Below are positions 52,862 through 62,920 of a DNA stretch of 64,000 nt, one piece after another. The first letter of the stretch is position 1. Every line of letters starts with the position of its first letter. The translations under genes were made by a program, and so were the position numbers. The stretch lies in the sequence record LC727699.1. One strand, given 5' to 3'. The notes under the pieces are model-generated. The model was given only the letters and a program-made list of their open reading frames with translations. It did not search any database and was not told the DNA's origin.

Positions 52862-54250
52862 ATGTATAATCCTATTTTACAATTACCATTTGATCCATTA
52901 GGTACAAATCCAGATTGTTTCATTGGTAGCGAGCCACATACTCTAGTTCAGTATCAGGGGTTCGACTATAGAATCATCAAGTTATATCATGGTGGATTCT
53001 ATACAAAAGGGTTAGAAGTTTATGATGGTAAATATAATCGTTTAGTTAAAGATATTGATTATATTGTTACTTATTATCACAAAGATGCTAGTGCATATGT
53101 TGGTCAAGAAATATGCTCAGCAATTGTTTTCTTAAAAACACCTAGTACACCAATAGTGTATACTTCAGCTCACATGGTTGGGGGTGACCTAGCTTTTAGT
53201 TTCACAGTTATTGATGATTATATTAACTGGTGGAAAACAAATGGTAAGCCAAAGCCAAAGGATCTTGACTACACTGGTAATGAACCATATTGGAAAGATG
53301 GTGAGTTAGTTGGTGAGCGGTGGCATCTTGATACATATCAGCCTTACAATAATGAGATGGAGTGGATAACACAAGCACTCATGGCTGGTGATACAAATGG
53401 TGAAGATGACTATCGTAGTAAAGTTAAAGAAATCTATGATGAATTCTTAAAGAAATTTAATGATCGGCTAGAAAAGCATATTCAAGATAAAGCCAATCCG
53501 CACAAGATCACTCCAACCAATGTGGAACTAGGTTTAGTTAATAACTTCCCATTAGCTACTCCAGCCATTGCTCAACTAGGTCAATCTAATGCACATTATC
53601 TAACACCACAATTAGCATATGGTGTATTAGATGAAATAGCTATAAAACCACTCAATGCTCACATAGCACGTCGAGATAATCCACATAAAGTCAAAAATAC
53701 ACATGTACAGTCGTATTTGAAAAGTGATTTCGATGCACGAATTACTGGTAAGTATTTAAAGACCGATACGGTAGCTAATACCAATATGGTTTATTATAAA
53801 CCTAAAGGACAACCTACTGCTACTTTAATGGGTTATAGCGATCTTATTTGGTGGATGCGTAAGAACTTTGACACCGATGTGAACTTTACAGCTGGTGATG
53901 GCCAGAGTAATGTCATCAATATAAATCGGATTGGTTCTGGCACAATGGGACAATGGAAAGCACCACTCCGTGGGAATGGTATATTTACACATTTTGATCA
54001 ATTAGCCGCCGAGTATTCATTTCCGGTTAAGTTAAAGTTTTATGCACTAGGATTACAACCATCCGTGCAGGCAGCATTAGATTTCTGTAGAACTAACTTT
54101 ACTAATCTAGATACATGGCCTATTGGATCTACTGTATTCTTTACTATTAAAGAACAGAAAATCCAGGCAGCTGGTAACGGATTGATTTTCGTTGATTATA
54201 CTCCTAACTACGTGTGTTTCCGTTCACAAGGTGGCTGGGTAATTCCATAA
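52862..54250 (+). CDS. Tail-fibre family paralog (gp133-like)
   Basis: Shared LPFDP N-terminal module, NPH repeats. Confidence 0.7.
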   Translation: MYNPILQLPFDPLGTNPDCFIGSEPHTLVQYQGFDYRIIKLYHGGFYTKGLEVYDGKYNRLVKDIDYIVTYYHKDASAYVGQEICSAIVFLKTPSTPIVYTSAHMVGGDLAFSFTVIDDYINWWKTNGKPKPKDLDYTGNEPYWKDGELVGERWHLDTYQPYNNEMEWITQALMAGDTNGEDDYRSKVKEIYDEFLKKFNDRLEKHIQDKANPHKITPTNVELGLVNNFPLATPAIAQLGQSNAHYLTPQLAYGVLDEIAIKPLNAHIARRDNPHKVKNTHVQSYLKSDFDARITGKYLKTDTVANTNMVYYKPKGQPTATLMGYSDLIWWMRKNFDTDVNFTAGDGQSNVININRIGSGTMGQWKAPLRGNGIFTHFDQLAAEYSFPVKLKFYALGLQPSVQAALDFCRTNFTNLDTWPIGSTVFFTIKEQKIQAAGNGLIFVDYTPNYVCFRSQGGWVIP

Positions 54251-54261
54251 GGATAGTTTAG

Positions 54262-55635
54262 ATGAATCCATTACTTTTACCTCTTCCATTTGATGAGACT
54301 GGAGAGAGTTATAGTAACCGAACAAAGGGTGAATACCATTCACTAGCAAAACAGAAAGGATTCCCCTATCGCATCATCGTGATGGATAAGGGTTACTTTT
54401 ACACTAAAGGAATGGTTATCAGAGATGGTAGGCAAAATGAGTTAAATCCAGAGATGGATTATCAGTGCACTGGTATTAATCCAGAGGTAATCGAGAAGAC
54501 TGGACTTGAGGCTTGTTCAGTAATTGTCATTACAAAACAAGATGTCCACGAGGATATTTACATTGATGCTCAGATGTGCGGTGGTATATACTGTAACCTT
54601 GCGCCTTCCATTTCTGAGCATGCTAATGCTCTTTTAAATAATACCCGTAAACCACATTGGTCTAATATCTTAGATATTCCTGACCAATTCAAACCTAATG
54701 GACATATGCATGCCTATTGGGAACTATATGGTTTTACGCCTAGAGTTGTTAAGTTAAAAGAAATAACTGACTTATTAAAGAAAAGCTCATCCGACGCATA
54801 TGACTCCATTTTAGATGAGTTTAAATATCAGTTAAGTCTAATAGAAGCTGATCTGAATACAATTGAAGCACGGCTTACTACACACATCAGTGATACCACC
54901 ACTAACCCGCACCAAACACGTAAAGGGCAAGTGGCATTAGGTAATGTTTATAACGCTGGTATCGCAACTGAAACACAAGCCAAACAGCCAAATGGCGCTA
55001 TCATGAATGTCTATGCTACGCCATGGTCAATGAAGTTATCAGTTGATACCAATTATACAGTACAGTATTTAGCCCACGTTAACGATATTACCACTAACCC
55101 ACACAGGGTAACAGCTGAACAATTAAATACGTATACTGTTACCCAAGCTAATATTTTACTAAATCAAAAATTAGATAAAGGTAAAACAGCTAATACATCT
55201 AAACTATTATTTGGTCAAGATGTTTATAGCATGGGTGAAACGGTACGTGCTAAAATGCCTTTAAGTGTATTGACAACTGGTCGGCTAGCACCTGGTCGAA
55301 TAGGTAACTCAGCAACTTGGCCAGGCCGTGATTGGACATTAATGCCTAATGGTCAATGGACACACTTTGGATTTATATTCAATCGTTTCCAGAAAACAGG
55401 AACGATGGTTCACTGGAACAATACTAACTTCAAGTCTATCCAAGAAGCAATTGCTTTCCATAATACATACTTCTCAGATCCTGAACAATGGTGGCCTGGT
55501 TCACTAGCTATCTGCCATTACGAACAAGAATTCGTGATTGGACATGGTAATGGTACAACAGCTACTTCCTATAGGAATACTTTATTCTTACGCAAAGTGG
55601 GATCAACGTGGACCAATATAGGGGAACCGGCATAA
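54262..55635 (+). CDS. Tail-fibre family paralog (gp134-like)
   Basis: LPFDE N-terminal module, NPH repeats. Confidence 0.7.
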   Translation: MNPLLLPLPFDETGESYSNRTKGEYHSLAKQKGFPYRIIVMDKGYFYTKGMVIRDGRQNELNPEMDYQCTGINPEVIEKTGLEACSVIVITKQDVHEDIYIDAQMCGGIYCNLAPSISEHANALLNNTRKPHWSNILDIPDQFKPNGHMHAYWELYGFTPRVVKLKEITDLLKKSSSDAYDSILDEFKYQLSLIEADLNTIEARLTTHISDTTTNPHQTRKGQVALGNVYNAGIATETQAKQPNGAIMNVYATPWSMKLSVDTNYTVQYLAHVNDITTNPHRVTAEQLNTYTVTQANILLNQKLDKGKTANTSKLLFGQDVYSMGETVRAKMPLSVLTTGRLAPGRIGNSATWPGRDWTLMPNGQWTHFGFIFNRFQKTGTMVHWNNTNFKSIQEAIAFHNTYFSDPEQWWPGSLAICHYEQEFVIGHGNGTTATSYRNTLFLRKVGSTWTNIGEPA

Positions 55636-57026
55636 TGATTACTTTTCTACCATTAGATCTAAAAGCTAAATTAGCTTCTAATTACATTGTAGATGAGGAA
55701 CATACACTCATTCAAGTCGCTAATAAAGCACACCGTGTACTGATATGTACGCATGGTGGTTTTTATACAAAGGACTTTAATCTACGTGATAAGAAGACTG
55801 GTTTATCTTTAAATAAAGATCAATATAAAACAACCTACCTTTATTCACAGTTATCGGAAATGACTGGTTTAGAAGTAATGGGTATTGTTGTAGTAACTGA
55901 TCCTAATGTTAGTCCTAATGTACAAGTTACATATAGAGCAGTTGGTGGCTTCTTTAGTATTTCAGCGTTAGAGCTTAAAGCTGTTTTTGATAAACTTGAA
56001 TTAGATGAATTAAGTTTCACTTGGGATGATATTATTGGTAAACCCGACGCATATCCACCTGCGCCTCATGGTCATGAATATTGGCAGATTTATGGCACAG
56101 ATACAATGGTAACCGAATTAAACCGAATAGCACACGCTTATCGGGTCGGTAGAAGTGCTATGGATAATGCTGCTGATGATTATTATAAAGTTTATCTTAC
56201 TAATGCAAAAACGGCTGTAGATGATTATAGAGATCGAGTTACAGCGCACTTAACTGATTATAATAACCCACATGCTGATGATCGATTCAAGTTAATTCCA
56301 CCGCTTGATAAGATATCTAACTGGGGTTTTGCTACTGAAGCTGAATCAGTTAATAGAAACGTAAATAATAAATACATGCCAATTGGTGGTATTTATCGCA
56401 TTCTTAATATTGATACATTGGCTAAACTTGCAGCACATATTAAAAACTTTAATAACCCTCATGTTGTCACAGCTGAACAAGTTGGATCATATACAAAACC
56501 AGTAATGGATTCTAAAATATCTCCATTATTAGGTATCAATGAACAAGCAGCTAATGCAACCACTATTGGTGCTACTACTAATAGTCAGGGTTATCCAGTT
56601 GCTGGAACAGGTAAGGTATATCAGAATTTCTGGAATGATGTTCGAAAAGATATCCCAGCTGAAGAAGTAACTAGCGGTGTATTTAAATGGGGTGCATTAG
56701 GTAAAGGTAACGCATCAATATTAAATGACCCTGAAAGATATTATCTAGCAAGCAATGGTACTTGGCAAGACTGGGTTGAAGCTTTTAAAGAGTGGAACAA
56801 AGATAAGATTAAAGCCATTACCTTAGGTCAGGTGAATAGTGAAGCAGAAGCATTAAACACGTTAAATACGATGTTTACAGATAATACCAAATATCCTGAA
56901 GGCACTTACGCTGTTGTAGGTGTTAGAACTAATACCCCCTTTGAAGCCTATTATTACCAGCAATATGTAGCAATTAGAAATAACGGTACATGGCGTTGGA
57001 TGATCCGAGCTGGAGCACTTGTATAA
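55635..57026 (+). CDS. Tail-fibre family paralog (gp135-like; start moved to MITFLPLD)
   Basis: TAATG coupling at 55633-55637; NPH repeats. Confidence 0.7.
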   Translation: MITFLPLDLKAKLASNYIVDEEHTLIQVANKAHRVLICTHGGFYTKDFNLRDKKTGLSLNKDQYKTTYLYSQLSEMTGLEVMGIVVVTDPNVSPNVQVTYRAVGGFFSISALELKAVFDKLELDELSFTWDDIIGKPDAYPPAPHGHEYWQIYGTDTMVTELNRIAHAYRVGRSAMDNAADDYYKVYLTNAKTAVDDYRDRVTAHLTDYNNPHADDRFKLIPPLDKISNWGFATEAESVNRNVNNKYMPIGGIYRILNIDTLAKLAAHIKNFNNPHVVTAEQVGSYTKPVMDSKISPLLGINEQAANATTIGATTNSQGYPVAGTGKVYQNFWNDVRKDIPAEEVTSGVFKWGALGKGNASILNDPERYYLASNGTWQDWVEAFKEWNKDKIKAITLGQVNSEAEALNTLNTMFTDNTKYPEGTYAVVGVRTNTPFEAYYYQQYVAIRNNGTWRWMIRAGALV

Positions 57027-57628
57027 TGAATAATCCGTTATCACTCCAAGAACTATCTTTAGCTACTGCACCTACTGAAGATAAAGTAAAAGTACTACTA
57101 ATGTTTAACCGTACTTCTGAGGTATTCCTACAAAGCGTAGGTTATCTACCTCTAGATGCATTTGATGCTAAGTCACGTGAGCACACTATTTTTGTTGAAG
57201 CAGAGATGGGTACTTATGATGTAGTCGTAAGTAATACACCTGGTAAACAGCCTACACTTTCTGATTGGAAGATTGTTCCTAAAGAAGAAGCGCCACAAGT
57301 GATTACTGAAGATCACTTAAATAGTAAAGTAGCTTACAAAATTACTGAACGCTATCCTGTGACTGAGCAAATCAATATCCTTGCACGTGCAATTAAAAAG
57401 CTAGCTGAAAAATATGGTCAAGAGTTAAATGAACTAGAAGAAATGCTTGATTATATTGATCTTGTTAAACGAACTAATCGCGCGCATAAGGAGGCCCTAA
57501 TTGAGAGCCCAGACGTTATCTATAAATCCAGGGAAGATCTCGACGCTGAGAAAGCACATCGATATGCAGGTGGCCTGCATGAGCTTATCGGCCCACGAAA
57601 GATCGACCAAGGACGTGTTTTCAGCTGA
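57026..57628 (+). CDS. Hypothetical protein, possible fibre assembly factor (gp136-like; start moved to MNNPLS)
   Basis: TAATG coupling, GGAG SD. Confidence 0.55.
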   Translation: MNNPLSLQELSLATAPTEDKVKVLLMFNRTSEVFLQSVGYLPLDAFDAKSREHTIFVEAEMGTYDVVVSNTPGKQPTLSDWKIVPKEEAPQVITEDHLNSKVAYKITERYPVTEQINILARAIKKLAEKYGQELNELEEMLDYIDLVKRTNRAHKEALIESPDVIYKSREDLDAEKAHRYAGGLHELIGPRKIDQGRVFS

Positions 57629-58061
57629 ATTTGCAGCTGACCTTGTATCTTATCTGGATACACTGGGCGATTCTTGGTGGTTTAATCGGAAAAAAATTAA
57701 TAGTATCCCAACCAAAGGCATCACTGAATGTGATTATTGGTTCTTAGGTCATAACCAAATGCCAGTAGAATTACGGGAATTACTATTTCATATTGCACCT
57801 AAAGTAGAAGGTGCTTGGTTAGGTGAAGTTCTAATCAACCGATATGAAATTGGTACAGGTATGCCTGAACATATCGACCAAGCTGTTTATCGTTACAACA
57901 TGGTTATTGCATTAAATGACAATGGTGATGGTATAACGATCAATGGCAAGTTTTATCAGGATGTACCAGGTAGGGCTACTATTTTTCCAATCCGTTCAGA
58001 GCCACATGAAGTCCCTCCAGTTAAAAATAAAAGATACGTTCTTATATATCTCTACGAGTAG
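57579..58061 (+). CDS. 2-oxoglutarate/Fe(II)-dependent dioxygenase (start moved to MSLSAHE)
   Basis: INRY..G..MPEHID (HxD), distal PHEV His, KRY Arg; AGGTGG SD. Confidence 0.8.
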   Translation: MSLSAHERSTKDVFSAEFAADLVSYLDTLGDSWWFNRKKINSIPTKGITECDYWFLGHNQMPVELRELLFHIAPKVEGAWLGEVLINRYEIGTGMPEHIDQAVYRYNMVIALNDNGDGITINGKFYQDVPGRATIFPIRSEPHEVPPVKNKRYVLIYLYE

Positions 58062-58069
58062 GGTACAAC

Positions 58070-58558
58070 ATGGCAATTAAACTTAAGACTCTATCTAAGA
58101 CCGAACTAAAAACATTAACAAAGCTTAAAGGTGAAGTTTCATTTAGAGACTCATATGGCCATCGTATGCGAGTTGGCACTAATGGCCTTAAAGCATGTAG
58201 TGTTTATAATACTTCAAAATGGTTTAATTGGACTGCTAAACAGCGTAAAGAAATTAAACCAATTTTAGGTGAAGAACTATTTAACAAAGCACTGCAAGTA
58301 TGGTTTTTAGACTTCCCCAAAATAGATGGATTTCTAGATGAAATGAATTATTGGGTAGATAAACCCGAGTCCGGTACTATTCTTGCTTGGAATATTGGAC
58401 CTGATGCTAAGTTCATTTTAGATGGTGAGGAACTATTAATTGGAAAAGGTGAAGGATTAGTATTCCATCTATCCCAATTACATGAAGTAAAACGTTCCCA
58501 TAATGGACAATCATGGATCTGTGTAATGGTACGTGGTGCTCCTGAAAAATTTGCGTAA
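58070..58558 (+). CDS. Degenerate 2OG-Fe(II)/cupin-fold paralog
   Basis: GEGLVFHLSQLHEV matches the distal His strand; proximal HxD appears replaced. Confidence 0.55.
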   Translation: MAIKLKTLSKTELKTLTKLKGEVSFRDSYGHRMRVGTNGLKACSVYNTSKWFNWTAKQRKEIKPILGEELFNKALQVWFLDFPKIDGFLDEMNYWVDKPESGTILAWNIGPDAKFILDGEELLIGKGEGLVFHLSQLHEVKRSHNGQSWICVMVRGAPEKFA

Positions 58559-58561
58559 CAG

Positions 58562-58592
58562 CATAAATCCCCTCCACATGGAGGGGAACTCT
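58562..58592 (+). terminator. Intrinsic terminator
   Basis: CATAAAT CCCCTCC ACAT GGAGGGG. Confidence 0.7.
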
Positions 58593-58623
58593 TACAAATT
58601 TACTCAATAGTACAGTGTACTAA

Positions 58624-59550
<927 letters not shown>

Positions 59551-59552
59551 AT

Positions 59553-60116
59553 ATGCTTAAGCTTCCAGCGAGTGATGAGTCATTTCGGGTACTAGCATTA
59601 GACCCTGGTTCACAAAACCTCGGCATAGCTATTCTGGAAGATAAGTTGGATGGAAGTAATAAGGTGGTACGTAATGCATTTACTTGCCACCTTAAAGATA
59701 CAAATCCGGCATATGCTGCCATCTCCGAGGTTCATGGTAGTAGATTTACTAGAATGCAGCAAATGAGTGATGCGGTGCTGAATATACTACATACTGAAAA
59801 ACCACATGCAGTTATTGTAGAGTCTAACTATCTCGGTAAGTTTGCCCAAAGCTTCGCTGTACTTGTAGAGTGTGTAACTTATGTACATAGAGCATTATAC
59901 GAGTATGATAGATTTATACCTTTATACATGATTGATCCTACTACAGTTAAAATCAATGCGGGTATGAAAAAAGTAAAGGGCACTACTAAAGACGATGTTA
60001 AAGAAGCAATGCGTTCTCGTACTGATATCACATGGAACATCGATATAGATAGTCTAGATGACCACTCTATGGATGCTTGTGCGATAGCTTACTACTACCT
60101 TACTAGGATTGTTTAA
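59553..60116 (+). CDS. ruvC: RuvC-like Holliday junction resolvase
   Basis: RVLALDPG, VIVES, IDPTTVK, DDHSMDACAIA acidic catalytic motifs. Confidence 0.85.
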   Translation: MLKLPASDESFRVLALDPGSQNLGIAILEDKLDGSNKVVRNAFTCHLKDTNPAYAAISEVHGSRFTRMQQMSDAVLNILHTEKPHAVIVESNYLGKFAQSFAVLVECVTYVHRALYEYDRFIPLYMIDPTTVKINAGMKKVKGTTKDDVKEAMRSRTDITWNIDIDSLDDHSMDACAIAYYYLTRIV

Positions 60117-60131
60117 CAATTCGAGGTAACA

Positions 60132-60638
60132 ATGTTCCTATTAGCAGGTATACGAAAAATAATTGGTAGTGTGCCATTGCATATATGGCTACTATTGGTT
60201 ATTCTGATAGGTGCCTTAATTGGTATCATATATTACAAAAATAGTTATGAGACGGAACTTGTTCGCTCTACGGATTTAATTGGAAAAATTAAATCTTATG
60301 AAGCGGCAGAAAAGGTTAGGATTGAATCAGATCGTATCTCCGATAAAATTCAAGCTGAACTAATTACTAAAAAGAAAGAGATACAAAAAGAGCAGGCGCA
60401 ATCACGCACTGAGGTGATTGATGAGTACATTAGTTTATCAGGTCGTGGATATACACCACCTGTATGGCCTGAGGTTAAAGCTAAAACAACTAATGGGGAA
60501 AGTACCACTACTGAGATTAAACATGAAACTGACACTAAAAAAGATAACATTAATAAGTCTATTAATGCTATTGCTAAACGGATGTACGAGCACTACTGTG
60601 CCGCCTCCCGTGAAAATACCAGTTGCAATCCCAAGTAG
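60132..60638 (+). CDS. Inner-membrane spanin (Rz-like)
   Basis: N-terminal TM helix followed by coiled coil; overlaps a lipoprotein gene. Confidence 0.7.
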   Translation: MFLLAGIRKIIGSVPLHIWLLLVILIGALIGIIYYKNSYETELVRSTDLIGKIKSYEAAEKVRIESDRISDKIQAELITKKKEIQKEQAQSRTEVIDEYISLSGRGYTPPVWPEVKAKTTNGESTTTEIKHETDTKKDNINKSINAIAKRMYEHYCAASRENTSCNPK

Positions 60639-60885
60639 TTTGCTTCTCCCTTGCGATGTGGAAGCCCCACCTACAGCTAATGAGATCATCAATGCATTAG
60701 ATAGATATAAAGCTGTTGGGGTTACTGATGAGAATGAAGCACGTTTCTTACTTATGACCGAACATTGGCTTTTACAAACTGATGCACTTGGACTCTGTAA
60801 TATCCAAGTAGACAAATTGCGTGAATGGAACGAACGTCAACGTAATTTGGAGAATAGTCATGACCCTAGAGGACGTTCTGATTGA
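60523..60885 (+). CDS. Outer-membrane spanin lipoprotein (Rz1-like; start moved to MKLTLKK)
   Basis: Signal peptide MKLTLKKITLISLLMLLLNG-C (lipobox LNGC), Pro-rich linker; overlaps the i-spanin 3' end in another frame. Confidence 0.75.
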   Translation: MKLTLKKITLISLLMLLLNGCTSTTVPPPVKIPVAIPSSLLLPCDVEAPPTANEIINALDRYKAVGVTDENEARFLLMTEHWLLQTDALGLCNIQVDKLREWNERQRNLENSHDPRGRSD

Positions 60886-61255
60886 GATCGATGGTAATCC
60901 TTTATCTTCTTCTAAAGACTATGGAAAGAAGATACGTACCTATTTAAATAGTGTATTGGAAAAGGAACAACGTATAAATCTAAGTATAACTGGTGAGGAA
61001 GTACTTAGTCGAATTTATGCTATTACCGATTCAGATCTTCAATATAAAATTCTCAGCCGGGAAATTGCTGAAGTGAAGGCTAAAGATTCTTACCGTAATG
61101 CGGTATTGGTCTTAGCTGGTGGCGTTACTCTTATTGGGGCATCAGTATCTACTATGGTAGTTTTATCTGGTGCGCCTATGTCAGAAGAAAGTGCCAATGT
61201 GTTAAAGACTATTGTGCAAGGTACTTTTGAATTAATAAAGATGCTTATGCAATAA
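60860..61255 (+). CDS. Membrane protein, holin candidate (start moved to MTLEDV)
   Basis: GGAG SD; C-terminal hydrophobic helix; position after the spanins. Confidence 0.4.
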   Translation: MTLEDVLIEIDGNPLSSSKDYGKKIRTYLNSVLEKEQRINLSITGEEVLSRIYAITDSDLQYKILSREIAEVKAKDSYRNAVLVLAGGVTLIGASVSTMVVLSGAPMSEESANVLKTIVQGTFELIKMLMQ

Positions 61256-61265
61256 AAACTATAAT

Positions 61266-61293
61266 AGCCTTCCTCTTCAAGAGGAAGGCTTTA
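61266..61293 (+). terminator. Intrinsic terminator inside the lysis region
   Basis: AGCCTTCCTC TTCAA GAGGAAGGCT TTA. Confidence 0.75.
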
Positions 61294-61337
61294 TAATGCT
61301 ATGTGGATTAAACATTTTACCACTATAGAGGTTTGAC

Positions 61338-61871
61338 ATGCATGATATCTTTCCGTATGACATGGTGTCGAGGGATGCGCTAGTAAAACTTGCGCGGGAT
61401 GATTTAAAAATAAACTTCAAACCAGAAACAGTTACATTTGAAGATATGTTTTTTAGTCCAACCACGATTGAGCCTGGACGTACATTTATTGAAATGATCG
61501 ACATTACTACTGACATTAAGTACATGTTAACTTACCGTCGGTTAGATTTTGCTGATCCACGAGCTATTGGTGAAGGATCTATCCTTAAGATAGTTGGTAC
61601 TTTAACACCTAAAGCAATTGCTGAAGAAATCAACCGTTCACGAGGCTGGAAGCTTGGACCAGATGATGTTTCATTTGATACAACACCAATCAATGCAACT
61701 ACGGATGTTGTTCCATACACGATAGTAGCTATGTCGAGTAGTTATGCTTACTATGGTGAATGTAATATACTGATTCAACGTATTGATGATACATCAGATA
61801 CTATCCGGCTATTAGAGAATGGTGCAGCACGTTATTTAGAAAATGGCCAAATCCGTTATCTAGAAAGTTAA
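61338..61871 (+). CDS. Virion structural protein with C-terminal RYLENG repeats (gp143-like)
   Basis: 177 aa; paralog of 42470/42922; ends IRLLENGAARYLENGQIRYLES. Confidence 0.7.
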   Translation: MHDIFPYDMVSRDALVKLARDDLKINFKPETVTFEDMFFSPTTIEPGRTFIEMIDITTDIKYMLTYRRLDFADPRAIGEGSILKIVGTLTPKAIAEEINRSRGWKLGPDDVSFDTTPINATTDVVPYTIVAMSSSYAYYGECNILIQRIDDTSDTIRLLENGAARYLENGQIRYLES

Positions 61872-61893
61872 GTAATACCCTCAGTGAACCTAA

Positions 61894-62715
<822 letters not shown>

Positions 62716-62798
62716 GATGTAGCAATAGAATGGAGTCTATGGTATCATGTGAAACTTCCCCTCATGATAAACCACATCTTGTGCCAATGTAACTTTTT

Positions 62799-62823
62799 GA
62801 GAGTCCTTCGGGACTCTCTTATG
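62799..62823 (+). terminator. Terminator after the endolysin gene
   Basis: GAGAGTCC TTCG GGACTCTC TTATG. Confidence 0.8.
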
Positions 62824-62920
62824 TTGTTAAAATATTACTCATTAGCAATAGTACATTACTGTATGAGTCTTCTTCGAAAGACTAACATGTTAGTGTTTCT
62901 TATACAGCAAGGAAATAAAA

